Source: an uncultured Thermoplasmatales archaeon
GTDB lineage: Archaea > Thermoplasmatota > E2 > DHVEG-1
Length of the DNA: 64,000 nucleotides
Direction of reading: 5' to 3'
NCBI GenBank assembly: GCA_964527715.1
Contig: CAZGOD010000005.1
Location: forward strand, 22,793 to 86,792
This document shows, in pieces, positions 40,786-49,928 of the stretch (positions are counted from its first letter, which is position 1; the number at the start of each line of letters is the position of its first letter). The position numbers and the translations under genes were made by a program. The notes beneath the pieces are model-generated. The model did not search any database. It was given only the letters and a program-made list of their open reading frames with translations, and had not been told where the DNA came from.

Positions 40786-41430
40786 TTATGCTTTTTTTGA
40801 TTCCATAAGGGCTTTAATACGTTTTCTACGAAGGAAATCCTCACGTTCTCTCTCCTCAAGTTGCATTTCAATATACTTCCTTGTAGCATGTAGACTAGGT
40901 ATTAAATTATTCTCAAGAACATTAACTCTTCTCTTGGTTTTTTCTATCTCAATAGCAAGAGATTTTATTCCCCCTTCAAGATCAGCGAGATTAAGTAACT
41001 TAGACATTAAATCATTGAATTTTATCTGTGCATCATCAAATTTTGAACATGTTTCAAAAAAACCATAAAACATGTTATCCTCTTTTTTTAAGTTCTCCGT
41101 ATCTACTTTTGGGATTTTTACTCCCATGATATTATCTTTTTCAAAACCTATTTCACCCATGTCATCTGCTAATTGTGAGATTTCTTCAACTTTTTTTTCA
41201 CCCATTATCATCTGAGCCTGTATCAAAGATAGATATGCATCTTTGAATTCATCATCTATCTCTTTTGATAATTGATTTCTCTTTTCAATTATGCTAAAAA
41301 ATCTTTCAACTATTGCATCACGTTTTTCCTCTAGTAGTTTATGTCCTTTTTCTGCTAAGGTTAGTTTTTTCCGTATTTCCAGTAGTTCCATCCGTGTAGG
41401 GTTTACACCCTCAATTTTTTGCTCCGTCAT
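40786..41430 (-). CDS. atpD: A1Ao ATP synthase subunit D
   Basis: PTRMELL, GH.LL.EKRDA and EIEKTKRRVN.LE motifs. Confidence 0.95.
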   Translation of the reverse strand: MTEQKIEGVNPTRMELLEIRKKLTLAEKGHKLLEEKRDAIVERFFSIIEKRNQLSKEIDDEFKDAYLSLIQAQMIMGEKKVEEISQLADDMGEIGFEKDNIMGVKIPKVDTENLKKEDNMFYGFFETCSKFDDAQIKFNDLMSKLLNLADLEGGIKSLAIEIEKTKRRVNVLENNLIPSLHATRKYIEMQLEEREREDFLRRKRIKALMESKKA

Positions 41431-41432
41431 TC

Positions 41433-42836
41433 TCAGCTACTCTTTTTTCCTTCTTTTTCTTTTTTAGAGTATTTTTTGATATATTTTTCATCTATTTTTT
41501 TAAGCTCAGAAAGAGGTAACGCAGATAACAATTCCCATCCAATTGTTAATGTCTGTATTATACTTCTATCATCATGACTACCTTGACGTACAAACTTGTT
41601 TTCAAATTCATCAGCGAATTTCAAATATTTTCTATCACGATCTGACAGTGCATCTTCTCCTACTATTGCTACTAGATCACGTAGATCACATCCCTCAGCG
41701 TATGCAGCATATAACTGGTTGGAAACACCTGCATGGTCCTCTCGGGTACGTCCTTCTCCTATTCCACGATCCATTAGACGTGATAAACAGGGTAACACTG
41801 CGATAGGTGGGTAAATATCTTTTTTATGAAGTCCCCTCTCCAACACAATCTGCCCCTCAGTGATATAACCAGTGAGATCAGGGATTGGATGTGTTATATC
41901 ATCATCAGGCATGGTAAGCATAGGAATCTGTGTTATCGATCCTTTTTTACCTTTGATTCTACCAGCTCTCTCATAAATCATGGCGAGATCGGTATACATA
42001 TAACCAGGGTAACCACGTCGACCTGGCACCTCTTCTCTAGCTGCTGCTATTTCACGTAGTGCCTCTGCATAATTCGTAAGATCCGTTAAAATAACGAGTA
42101 CTTGCATGTCCAAATCAAAAGCTAGATACTCAGCACAAGTAAGAGCTAGACGTGGTAGAATAATACGTTCAATAGTAGGATCATCTGCTAAGTTTAGGAA
42201 CATAACTGTACGCTCAAGAGCACCAGTGTTTTCAAAATCCTTAATAAACAAGTTAGCCTCCTCAAATGTTATACCCATCGCGCAGAACACCACTGCGAAT
42301 TTTCCCTCTTTACCAAGAACTTTCGCTTGCCTAGCAATCTGAGCAGCAATCTCATTATGAGGCAGACCAGACCCTGAAAAAATAGGGAGCTTCTGACCAC
42401 GGACAAGCGTGTTAAGACCATCTATAGTGGAAACACCTGTCTGAATGAACTCACGTGGATACTCACGCGAGTATGGATTTATAGGACTACCATTAATATC
42501 CCTTCTATCCTCAGGGATAATAGGCGGTGCATTATCAATAGGGTTACCCATCCCATTAAAAACCCGACCAAGCATATCTTTTGATACACCCAATTTCATT
42601 GTTTCCCCTATGAAACGAGCAGAGGTTTTATCAGTGTCAAGACCACGGGTACCCTCAAAAACCTGGACAACAGCTTTATTCATAAATGCCTCTAAAACCT
42701 GCCCAGTTCTCTCTTCACCAAAAGATGTCCTAATTTTAACAACTTCATTATATGCTACATCCTTTATCCCATTGACAATCATAAGAGGACCAGTAACCTC
42801 AGAAACTGTGGTATATTCTATGTCCTTATTGCTCAT
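41433..42836 (-). CDS. atpB: A1Ao ATP synthase subunit B
   Basis: [29 protein letters not shown] and [15 protein letters not shown] motifs. Confidence 0.97.
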   Translation of the reverse strand: MSNKDIEYTTVSEVTGPLMIVNGIKDVAYNEVVKIRTSFGEERTGQVLEAFMNKAVVQVFEGTRGLDTDKTSARFIGETMKLGVSKDMLGRVFNGMGNPIDNAPPIIPEDRRDINGSPINPYSREYPREFIQTGVSTIDGLNTLVRGQKLPIFSGSGLPHNEIAAQIARQAKVLGKEGKFAVVFCAMGITFEEANLFIKDFENTGALERTVMFLNLADDPTIERIILPRLALTCAEYLAFDLDMQVLVILTDLTNYAEALREIAAAREEVPGRRGYPGYMYTDLAMIYERAGRIKGKKGSITQIPMLTMPDDDITHPIPDLTGYITEGQIVLERGLHKKDIYPPIAVLPCLSRLMDRGIGEGRTREDHAGVSNQLYAAYAEGCDLRDLVAIVGEDALSDRDRKYLKFADEFENKFVRQGSHDDRSIIQTLTIGWELLSALPLSELKKIDEKYIKKYSKKEKEGKKSS

Positions 42837-42839
42837 GTT

Positions 42840-44618
42840 TTATCTAACCCCCTTGACAAGAGTTTCTATTTCTTTCCCCATTTCAGCCTCAATTTCTTTG
42901 AAACGTTTTTCAAACTGTTTATTTGAAACTGTTTTCATCCTAGCTAGGTTCTCACGAGAATGCATAGAAACGATATCATCAATATGAACACCTTTATCAG
43001 ATGCCTCAAGTATTTTATCCGAATACAATAGCATCAACCGGAGCATCTCATATTGTTTTTTACTTGGACAATAGGTATCTACCTCATGGAATGCACTCTG
43101 TTGAAGGAAATCCTCACGTATCATCCTCGCACTCTCTAAGAACGCCCGCTCCCGAGGTGGTAATGCATCAGGTCCAACAAGTTTCACGATTTCCTGTAGC
43201 TCTGATTCTTTTTGAAGAATAGCCATAGCGCGGTTACGTAGTTTAAGCCAGTCACTACCAATTTCTTTATGCCACCATTCACGGACTTCATCAAGATGAA
43301 GTGAATAGGATTTCAACCAGTTAACAGATGGAAAATGTCTCCTATCAGCTAAATCCGCATCTAACGCCCAGAAAACTTTGACAATACGAAGTGTGTTCTG
43401 AGCCACGGGTTCTGAGAAATCACCACCCGGTGGAGATACTGCGCCCATAACAGAGACAGATCCCTCTTTGTTTTTTGTTCCAAGTAGTTTTACTCTACCC
43501 GCTCGCTCATAAAATTCAGCTAAACGCGAAGCAAGATACGCCGGGTATCCCTCTTCACCAGGCATCTCCTCTAACCTCCCAGAAATCTCTCGCATAGCCT
43601 CAGCCCAACGAGAAGTACTATCCGCCATTAGAGCTACATCAAAACCCATATCACGATAGTACTCCGCGATAGTTATACCAGTATATACACTAGCATCACG
43701 AGCAGCAACAGGCATATTCGAAGTATTAGCAATAAGCACTGTACGATTCATCAAAGGCTCACCAGATTTAGGATCCTCAAGCTTAGGGAACTCACGTAGT
43801 ACATCTGTCATCTCATTTCCACGTTCACCACATCCTACATAGACGACTACTTGAGCATCACTCCATTTAGCAAACTGATGAAGTGCAACAGTTTTACCAG
43901 TTCCAAAACCACCAGGTATCGCAGCAGTTCCACCCTTAGAAACAGGGAAAAACGTGTCAACAACCCGTTGACCCGTTATAAGAGGCAGAGTAGGATCATA
44001 TTTTTTTGCAACAGGCCGGGGTTTACGAACTGGCCATCTATGCATCATCTGAAGTTTTACATCACCCTTATCTGTTGATGCTACAGCAATATCATCCTCA
44101 ACAGTAAAATCTCCTTCTTTCTCAATTGATAAAAGTTTACCAGTTATATCTGGTGGAACCATAATTTTATGTTTAACAATAGAGGTTTCCTGTACCTCCC
44201 CTATAACATCACAGCCTTCTAGTTTATCACCAGGTTTCACATTTGGTTTGAAATGCCATTTCTTTTTACGATCCAGCGCATAGGCTTCTACACCACGTGT
44301 TATGAAATCACCTGTTTCTTTGAAAATATCAGGTAACGGTCTTTGTATACCATCATAAATATTTGTGAGCAACCCAGGCCCAAGTTCCACAGATAGGGGC
44401 ATACCAGTCGATATAACTTTTTCACCAGGTTTCAAACCCGTGGTATCTTCATAGACCTGTATTATTGCGTTATCCTCATTTAAACGGATTATTTCACCTA
44501 TCAAATTTTCTTCTCCAACCCTTACAACATCATACATTTTTGCACCACGCATACCATCTGCTTCTACGACTGGGCCAGAGATTCGAATGATTTTTCCTTC
44601 TTGTTTTCCTTCAGACAT
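42840..44618 (-). CDS. atpA: A1Ao ATP synthase catalytic subunit A
   Basis: [10 protein letters not shown]-loop, [19 protein letters not shown]; start ATG 44618 after GGAGG. Confidence 0.97.
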   Translation of the reverse strand: MSEGKQEGKIIRISGPVVEADGMRGAKMYDVVRVGEENLIGEIIRLNEDNAIIQVYEDTTGLKPGEKVISTGMPLSVELGPGLLTNIYDGIQRPLPDIFKETGDFITRGVEAYALDRKKKWHFKPNVKPGDKLEGCDVIGEVQETSIVKHKIMVPPDITGKLLSIEKEGDFTVEDDIAVASTDKGDVKLQMMHRWPVRKPRPVAKKYDPTLPLITGQRVVDTFFPVSKGGTAAIPGGFGTGKTVALHQFAKWSDAQVVVYVGCGERGNEMTDVLREFPKLEDPKSGEPLMNRTVLIANTSNMPVAARDASVYTGITIAEYYRDMGFDVALMADSTSRWAEAMREISGRLEEMPGEEGYPAYLASRLAEFYERAGRVKLLGTKNKEGSVSVMGAVSPPGGDFSEPVAQNTLRIVKVFWALDADLADRRHFPSVNWLKSYSLHLDEVREWWHKEIGSDWLKLRNRAMAILQKESELQEIVKLVGPDALPPRERAFLESARMIREDFLQQSAFHEVDTYCPSKKQYEMLRLMLLYSDKILEASDKGVHIDDIVSMHSRENLARMKTVSNKQFEKRFKEIEAEMGKEIETLVKGVR

Positions 44619-44643
44619 AATTTTTCTGCCTCCAAACATTTTT

Positions 44644-44952
44644 CTATTTAACTTCAACTCCAACTGCTTTTTTTACAAGATGTGAAACAAAATCTACATG
44701 ATCCTCAATTCTTCCCCTTTTATCGGGTATCTCCAAAACAATAGGGATATTATTTCTAAGCCTGTAATCCTTAAGTGTTTTACCAATATCTTCTGAGATT
44801 TTTTCAGTTATAAAAACAATACCTATATCCTCTCTATCTGTCAGGTTATTCCAAATTTTAACAGCATCCTCTCCGGGTGTGTATAATTCTTGTACCCCTG
44901 CTAGTCGTAGTCCAACTGCTGTGTCTCTGTCACATATACCAATTATTTTCAC
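44644..44952 (-). CDS. atpF: A1Ao ATP synthase subunit F
   Basis: D.DTA.G.RLAGV, DIGI..ITE and IPD motifs; GTG start after GGAGG. Confidence 0.92.
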   Translation of the reverse strand: MKIIGICDRDTAVGLRLAGVQELYTPGEDAVKIWNNLTDREDIGIVFITEKISEDIGKTLKDYRLRNNIPIVLEIPDKRGRIEDHVDFVSHLVKKAVGVEVK

Positions 44953-46070
44953 TAGGATGCCTCCCATACAAGGTATTTTTTAATAATATCTGGCGAAAGT
45001 TTTTCACTTACGCCTTTTGCTATGATTTTAAGATTTCTTATTTCAAACTCTTTTGATACAAGGAACCTAATCGTAGGGCCAATGTTGATATAGTTCTTCA
45101 TTGAAAGATCCCCTACTAGTTTCAAAAACTGACCATCAAGTGCTTTTTCAAGAATTTGTACCGAGTCTTCTTTGTTGTATTGTTCAATTGCGTTTTTTAA
45201 CACATCATAATACGAGGTACCCTCAATGCTAGCAATCACCTGTGATACTGAATCAACCTCTGTCATCTCATTAAATTTCCATGGCGCAATTTCTCGTCCT
45301 TCACCAACGAAAAGTTTCTTACATGATTCCTCATTGTAACCAAGTTTTTTTGCTCGTAGAACATTTTTTATGTTCCGTATGTCCATCATTGTACTGATAA
45401 ATTTCTGTGTTGGTTTTTCACAGTTATAGGGTAATTTTACCTGTTTAAACTTGTTGATTACATGTTTATCTATGGCTGTGTCAAACATGAGAATATCCAC
45501 TTTTTCATCTGATACAGCATCTATTACTTCTTGTTCAAAACCATAGTCTTTCAGTATCTTTGGTAACTCTCCCTTCTCAGCATCCTTGATTTTCTGTAAT
45601 AACTCTTTTGTCTCCATGGGAATAGACTCATCAATTTCTATCTCCTCGGTTTTACCTAGCAACATTTTTTTAAGCTCGTTTTTAACCAAGTAAATATTCA
45701 TTTTTTCCCGGTACATATCATAGAAACCCTTCATTTCTTTTGAACTACCTTTTTTCATCATCTCAACTATATGGAGAAAATTATCATCCAGGGATTTCTG
45801 AACTGAATATGTATCTTCACCAACTACATTGTAATCTTTAGCTGAGTTAACTGTCTCCTTAAAAGTATGAAGATCTCTACTCTCCACTATGTTACTAAGT
45901 TCCTTATCCGTTACATACGGGTTTCCCATCGCTTCAAACAAAGCATTAGGATAAGCGAATTTAACATGAGTTAAGAAAGGCCTGAAAATCAACCCCATAA
46001 TAACTACAACAATGGATAGAATAAGAATCCAGAAAAACAAATTATATGGGTTTAATAACCATTCAAGCAA
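44952..46070 (-). CDS. atpC: A1Ao ATP synthase subunit C
   Basis: AYPNA, D..N.K..LRAK and KE.EIRNL.II.KG motifs; operon position; carries an N-terminal hydrophobic segment. Confidence 0.88.
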   Translation of the reverse strand: MLEWLLNPYNLFFWILILSIVVVIMGLIFRPFLTHVKFAYPNALFEAMGNPYVTDKELSNIVESRDLHTFKETVNSAKDYNVVGEDTYSVQKSLDDNFLHIVEMMKKGSSKEMKGFYDMYREKMNIYLVKNELKKMLLGKTEEIEIDESIPMETKELLQKIKDAEKGELPKILKDYGFEQEVIDAVSDEKVDILMFDTAIDKHVINKFKQVKLPYNCEKPTQKFISTMMDIRNIKNVLRAKKLGYNEESCKKLFVGEGREIAPWKFNEMTEVDSVSQVIASIEGTSYYDVLKNAIEQYNKEDSVQILEKALDGQFLKLVGDLSMKNYINIGPTIRFLVSKEFEIRNLKIIAKGVSEKLSPDIIKKYLVWEAS

Positions 46071-46084
46071 TTCAACACCCTATT

Positions 46085-46648
46085 CTATTCAGAGAAAAGC
46101 ACCGTCCCTACCTTTCTTCTTATTTCATCTTTCTTCCGCTTTATTACACCATCAAAAGTATTATCCAAGGTTATTTTTCCATCAATAGATCTTAGTATTA
46201 CTCCTCCAGATTTCTCCACGGTTCTTATTACTTCCAGTCCCATGTTTTTAGCGATTTCTCTGTCAATACTTCTTGATACGATCACGTTACATCGTCCACC
46301 AAGTTTTTTGAGCCCCTCTTCTGTCAGCTTTGTAACTGTTTTCTTATATTCCGCCTTGCTAAGCGTTGACAGTTTATGATGCGCTTTTGTAAAACAATCC
46401 TCAATTATTTTTTCCCTTGCGTTCATTATATTCCTTTTCGTGTCTTGACTTGCTTTTGAAATCTGGATTTTTTTAATGTTTTCACTTTGTTTTTCCCCAT
46501 TTTGTAAGATTTTTTCTGCTTCTTGTTCTGCTTCTTTTTTACTGTCATTTATTATCTGAGTGGCTTGTTTCTCTGCTTCTTTTAGTATCTGTTTTATCTC
46601 TTTTTCTGAATCTTTTTTGATTCGTTCAATGATTTTTTCTGCTGTCAT
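46085..46648 (-). CDS. atpE: A1Ao ATP synthase subunit E
   Basis: Coiled-coil N-terminus; GGVIL...DG.I..DNT motif. Confidence 0.9.
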   Translation of the reverse strand: MTAEKIIERIKKDSEKEIKQILKEAEKQATQIINDSKKEAEQEAEKILQNGEKQSENIKKIQISKASQDTKRNIMNAREKIIEDCFTKAHHKLSTLSKAEYKKTVTKLTEEGLKKLGGRCNVIVSRSIDREIAKNMGLEVIRTVEKSGGVILRSIDGKITLDNTFDGVIKRKKDEIRRKVGTVLFSE

Positions 46649-46659
46649 ATTACTTCCAT

Positions 46660-47244
46660 CTATAATAGTCCTAATCCAGTCATGAGAAGTATGCCTACGA
46701 GTAAACCGAAGATAGCAATAGTCTCAGGCATTACAGTATAAATTATTCCTCTAGCTGCAACATTTGGGTTTCTAGCTGTGGCACTTATTGATGCACTTGC
46801 TACCATACCTTGATTAGCAGCTGAAATACCTGTAAGTCCTACTACTAGTCCTATTCCTATTGCAGATGTTCCAATCATTGGGTTAGATAGATCTGCTGAT
46901 GCGCTTCCACCTAGGAGCCCCGCACCCATCATTAGTAATATAGCTGTTAGAAGTCCATATACTGCCTGAGTCATTGGTAATACCTGGAAGACTAAGCATC
47001 TACCGAATAACTCTGGTTTTTCACCTGTTACTGCTACCGCAGAGGTTCCAGCTAACATTAGACCAAGCGCGGATCCTACTCCCGCTATGCCCATCGCAAG
47101 TGCGCAACCTATTACAATCATTGACTGCGTTTCTCCTTCTTTCCCGGCTAAAGGCTCTGCTGCTGCGGTTCCCGCTGTCATTATAAGAGCCATGATAGCC
47201 AGTAGGATTAGTGCTGCTCTTACTTTCATTTTTCTTTTTTCCAT
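46660..47244 (-). CDS. atpK: A1Ao ATP synthase proteolipid subunit K/c (duplicated, V-type)
   Basis: Two hairpins: LPMTQAVYG and NQG...MPETIAIFG; N-terminal leader. Confidence 0.92.
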   Translation of the reverse strand: MEKRKMKVRAALILLAIMALIMTAGTAAAEPLAGKEGETQSMIVIGCALAMGIAGVGSALGLMLAGTSAVAVTGEKPELFGRCLVFQVLPMTQAVYGLLTAILLMMGAGLLGGSASADLSNPMIGTSAIGIGLVVGLTGISAANQGMVASASISATARNPNVAARGIIYTVMPETIAIFGLLVGILLMTGLGLL

Positions 47245-47281
47245 TCTTTTTTCCTCCATATACATTTTTTTTTAACCTATT

Positions 47282-49294
47282 CTACTCCTTTGTTTTAGTA
47301 TATTTTCTTTTTATAGAGAAAGGCTTAAATTCATGTCCACCTCCCTCATAAAACCTGTTGAAAAATTCAACATATTGAAGCCTAAGAGAATGAACCCCTG
47401 CTCCGAGAGCTTGAAGCCCTAGATTTATTGCATGCATTAATACAAGTAGAATTACCATTACTATCACACCAATAATTTGGATTGGTATCATATCAGCGAA
47501 TAACTTTGCAATAATGTTAAAAGCAAGTGCCATACCTGCTGTAGCAAGACCCAGTGCAAGAAGACGTGCATATGAAAGCCAGTCGCCAACAAAACCAGTA
47601 ATATCAAAGAAACCAAGTGGACCAGCATGCCATATTCGTAAAACAAGACCAATAATCACAAGAATAAGTGCAAAATAAAATTCAACTGTTCCTAAACTCA
47701 CCAGGTGAAGCAAAGAGTCTCCCAGGAGTAAACCTCCACCAAGTTCTAATAATAGCCATGAGGAATGATTTGCAAATAATTCCTTAAAATCCCTGTTTTT
47801 ATAGGATTGATAAATAGCTAGTATAATACCTATGTTAAGATGTATCAAACCAAAAAGAAGTGCTATCGTCAGAATTGTGAGAGGATCGCGAAGAGGCTCA
47901 ATAGGTAGATGTACACCCCCGATAGTTAGACTATAAAGAGGCTGATCTGGGTTGTTATAAAAGAACCGTGGTATAAGATCCCCAAAAAAACCATTAGTTA
48001 AAAAACCTACAATCGTGGTTGTTAGACCAAGCCATATACCTAAAAAAGCCCAGCCTCTGATAAATCCACTAAATTTTGAAAACTTAATATACCCAAATAA
48101 AGAAAGTGAAAGAATTATAAGACCATAACCAGCATCTCCAAGCATAACACCAAAAAACAGGACAAAAAATATACCCATGATAATCGTAGGGTTAATCTCA
48201 TTATACTTTGGAGTAGAAAAAAGCTCAAGAAGTGTACGGAAAGATGATGCCCATTTAGGTGTCTCAATATAAGTAGGTGGGTTATCAGGGTTAGCACTGG
48301 GTGTCTCTAAATTACAAACAACATGGTTTTTAGCTACATCATCAACCGAAGCCTTTAACTTATTCTCATTTTTTTCTAAAGCCCATCCTTTAATGACATA
48401 GGTAGTGTTAGTTTTTGCAAAGTTTTTAGTGACCTCTTTTCTCATCTGTTCAAGTTGTATCTCCTCACGTAATGCAAGTAAATCCGGTAGATGATCCTTA
48501 GCATATTTCCGAAGTTGTGCAACAATTTTTCCTCGTTCTTTACCTATTTCTTTTTTATCTTGCTTTAACTGTTCAAGAATCTCATTTGGGGTTCCAGACA
48601 AATTATCAAGGTTGAACTCAATGATTCCTCCCCGGGATATTTTATCGATTTTATCTTTCTCAGATATATGTGCAACAACTACTACTGCCCATTCAACGTT
48701 TTTACCTGTTCCAAATTGTTTAGAAAAAATAGTGACGTTTTCAATTTGATCAATTGCTTTTTTCAGGCCCTGAAGATCAATGGTTTTACCTGCTTTAACA
48801 ATGAGATAATCTGTTTCACCAAGATATGAGAGATCCATTTCGAAATCTTTTAGATACTCAACCTGCTGGATAACATTCTTTATATCCTCTCTTTTTTCAC
48901 TTAGCTCCTTTAGTTGTTGTTCACCCTTAATTATATGTTTTTCAATTTCATCTAATACCCCTTCAGCATATGAACAAAGCTCATCAAGAGTTTCCTCATC
49001 AACATGTTTAACCTCGGGCAACTGAGGACGCAATATAGCTTTGAAACCACCAGGCTTTTTTTGTATGCTATTTAAAATATCAATAATTCTGCTCAGTCTG
49101 AGCTCATAAGTTGTACAAACACTAGCATCAGGATGCATACTAGCATTTTTAGCGTATTCCGAGGTTTCAGGGTCTTCTTTTGCTATATCAATTATCTCCA
49201 TCAAACCAGTTTCATGTAGTCTCTGTATAACGTCTTCTATATAGTTTTGATGTACAATTAATGTAACCTTTCTCATTGGAGCTGGAAATAAAAT
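47282..49294 (-). CDS. atpI: A1Ao ATP synthase subunit I/a (probable ATT start)
   Basis: P.Y.E.NPT, FFG.MLGD.GYG, SYARL.ALGL and HSLRLQYVEFF motifs. Confidence 0.93.
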   Translation of the reverse strand: MLFPAPMRKVTLIVHQNYIEDVIQRLHETGLMEIIDIAKEDPETSEYAKNASMHPDASVCTTYELRLSRIIDILNSIQKKPGGFKAILRPQLPEVKHVDEETLDELCSYAEGVLDEIEKHIIKGEQQLKELSEKREDIKNVIQQVEYLKDFEMDLSYLGETDYLIVKAGKTIDLQGLKKAIDQIENVTIFSKQFGTGKNVEWAVVVVAHISEKDKIDKISRGGIIEFNLDNLSGTPNEILEQLKQDKKEIGKERGKIVAQLRKYAKDHLPDLLALREEIQLEQMRKEVTKNFAKTNTTYVIKGWALEKNENKLKASVDDVAKNHVVCNLETPSANPDNPPTYIETPKWASSFRTLLELFSTPKYNEINPTIIMGIFFVLFFGVMLGDAGYGLIILSLSLFGYIKFSKFSGFIRGWAFLGIWLGLTTTIVGFLTNGFFGDLIPRFFYNNPDQPLYSLTIGGVHLPIEPLRDPLTILTIALLFGLIHLNIGIILAIYQSYKNRDFKELFANHSSWLLLELGGGLLLGDSLLHLVSLGTVEFYFALILVIIGLVLRIWHAGPLGFFDITGFVGDWLSYARLLALGLATAGMALAFNIIAKLFADMIPIQIIGVIVMVILLVLMHAINLGLQALGAGVHSLRLQYVEFFNRFYEGGGHEFKPFSIKRKYTKTKE

Positions 49295-49297
49295 TGT

Positions 49298-49615
49298 TTA
49301 CTCCCCCTTTTCAACCTCTTTTATTATCAACTCAACAGCTTTTGAAATTTTTTCATCAACGTTTTTTTGTATAGCTGTGATTTCTTTTTCACTCTGGCTC
49401 TTTATCTTAATGATATCTTTTTCTGCAGAGTCCTCAGCTTTCTTTAACATTTTTTTAACTTTATCCTCTACAGTTTTGATAATTTTTTGTTTTTCCTTCT
49501 TAGCGTCCCCATAAGATTTTTCAATGATTTTCTCAGCATCTTTTTTTGATTTTTCTATTGACTGAAGAGCCTTATTTTCAGCTTCCTTGATATCTTTAAT
49601 TGTTTTAGATGCCAT
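49298..49615 (-). CDS. atpH: A1Ao ATP synthase subunit H (G-like stalk)
   Basis: IKEAE..A...IE coiled coil, KAVELII; first gene of the operon. Confidence 0.85.
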   Translation of the reverse strand: MASKTIKDIKEAENKALQSIEKSKKDAEKIIEKSYGDAKKEKQKIIKTVEDKVKKMLKKAEDSAEKDIIKIKSQSEKEITAIQKNVDEKISKAVELIIKEVEKGE

Positions 49616-49928
49616 ACTTGATACCCGTAATAACAAACTATTTATTTTTATTTAAGCATAATAAATAGTTCCCTTCGGAAAGTCTTCATTGACTTTCTTA
49701 TAACTCGGGTTATCTGTAATCTATTAAAATAATTTACGTGTATTTTATTTAATTAATTCTTTTTGTTTTGTGTGTGGGGTTTAATTATTGTTATTATTTT
49801 AAATAACAAAAAACTAGTTGGTTGCAAAAGTTTCCTTCTCCTATAAAGTTTATATACTATAAATATTATATGTTATGAGTAATACTATTAATAGCATTCG
49901 GCTAGTGAAAGCCTAAGAGGGATTAAAT

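Noticed and set aside
42445..42987. 180-aa plus-strand ORF and the many other 60-150 aa antisense ORFs
   Set aside because: Shadows of well-supported genes on the opposite strand, with no motifs or SD
37889..44618. Inteins in lonB, atpA or atpB (also checked in infB and leuS)
   Set aside because: Protein lengths are normal and there are no intein terminal motifs
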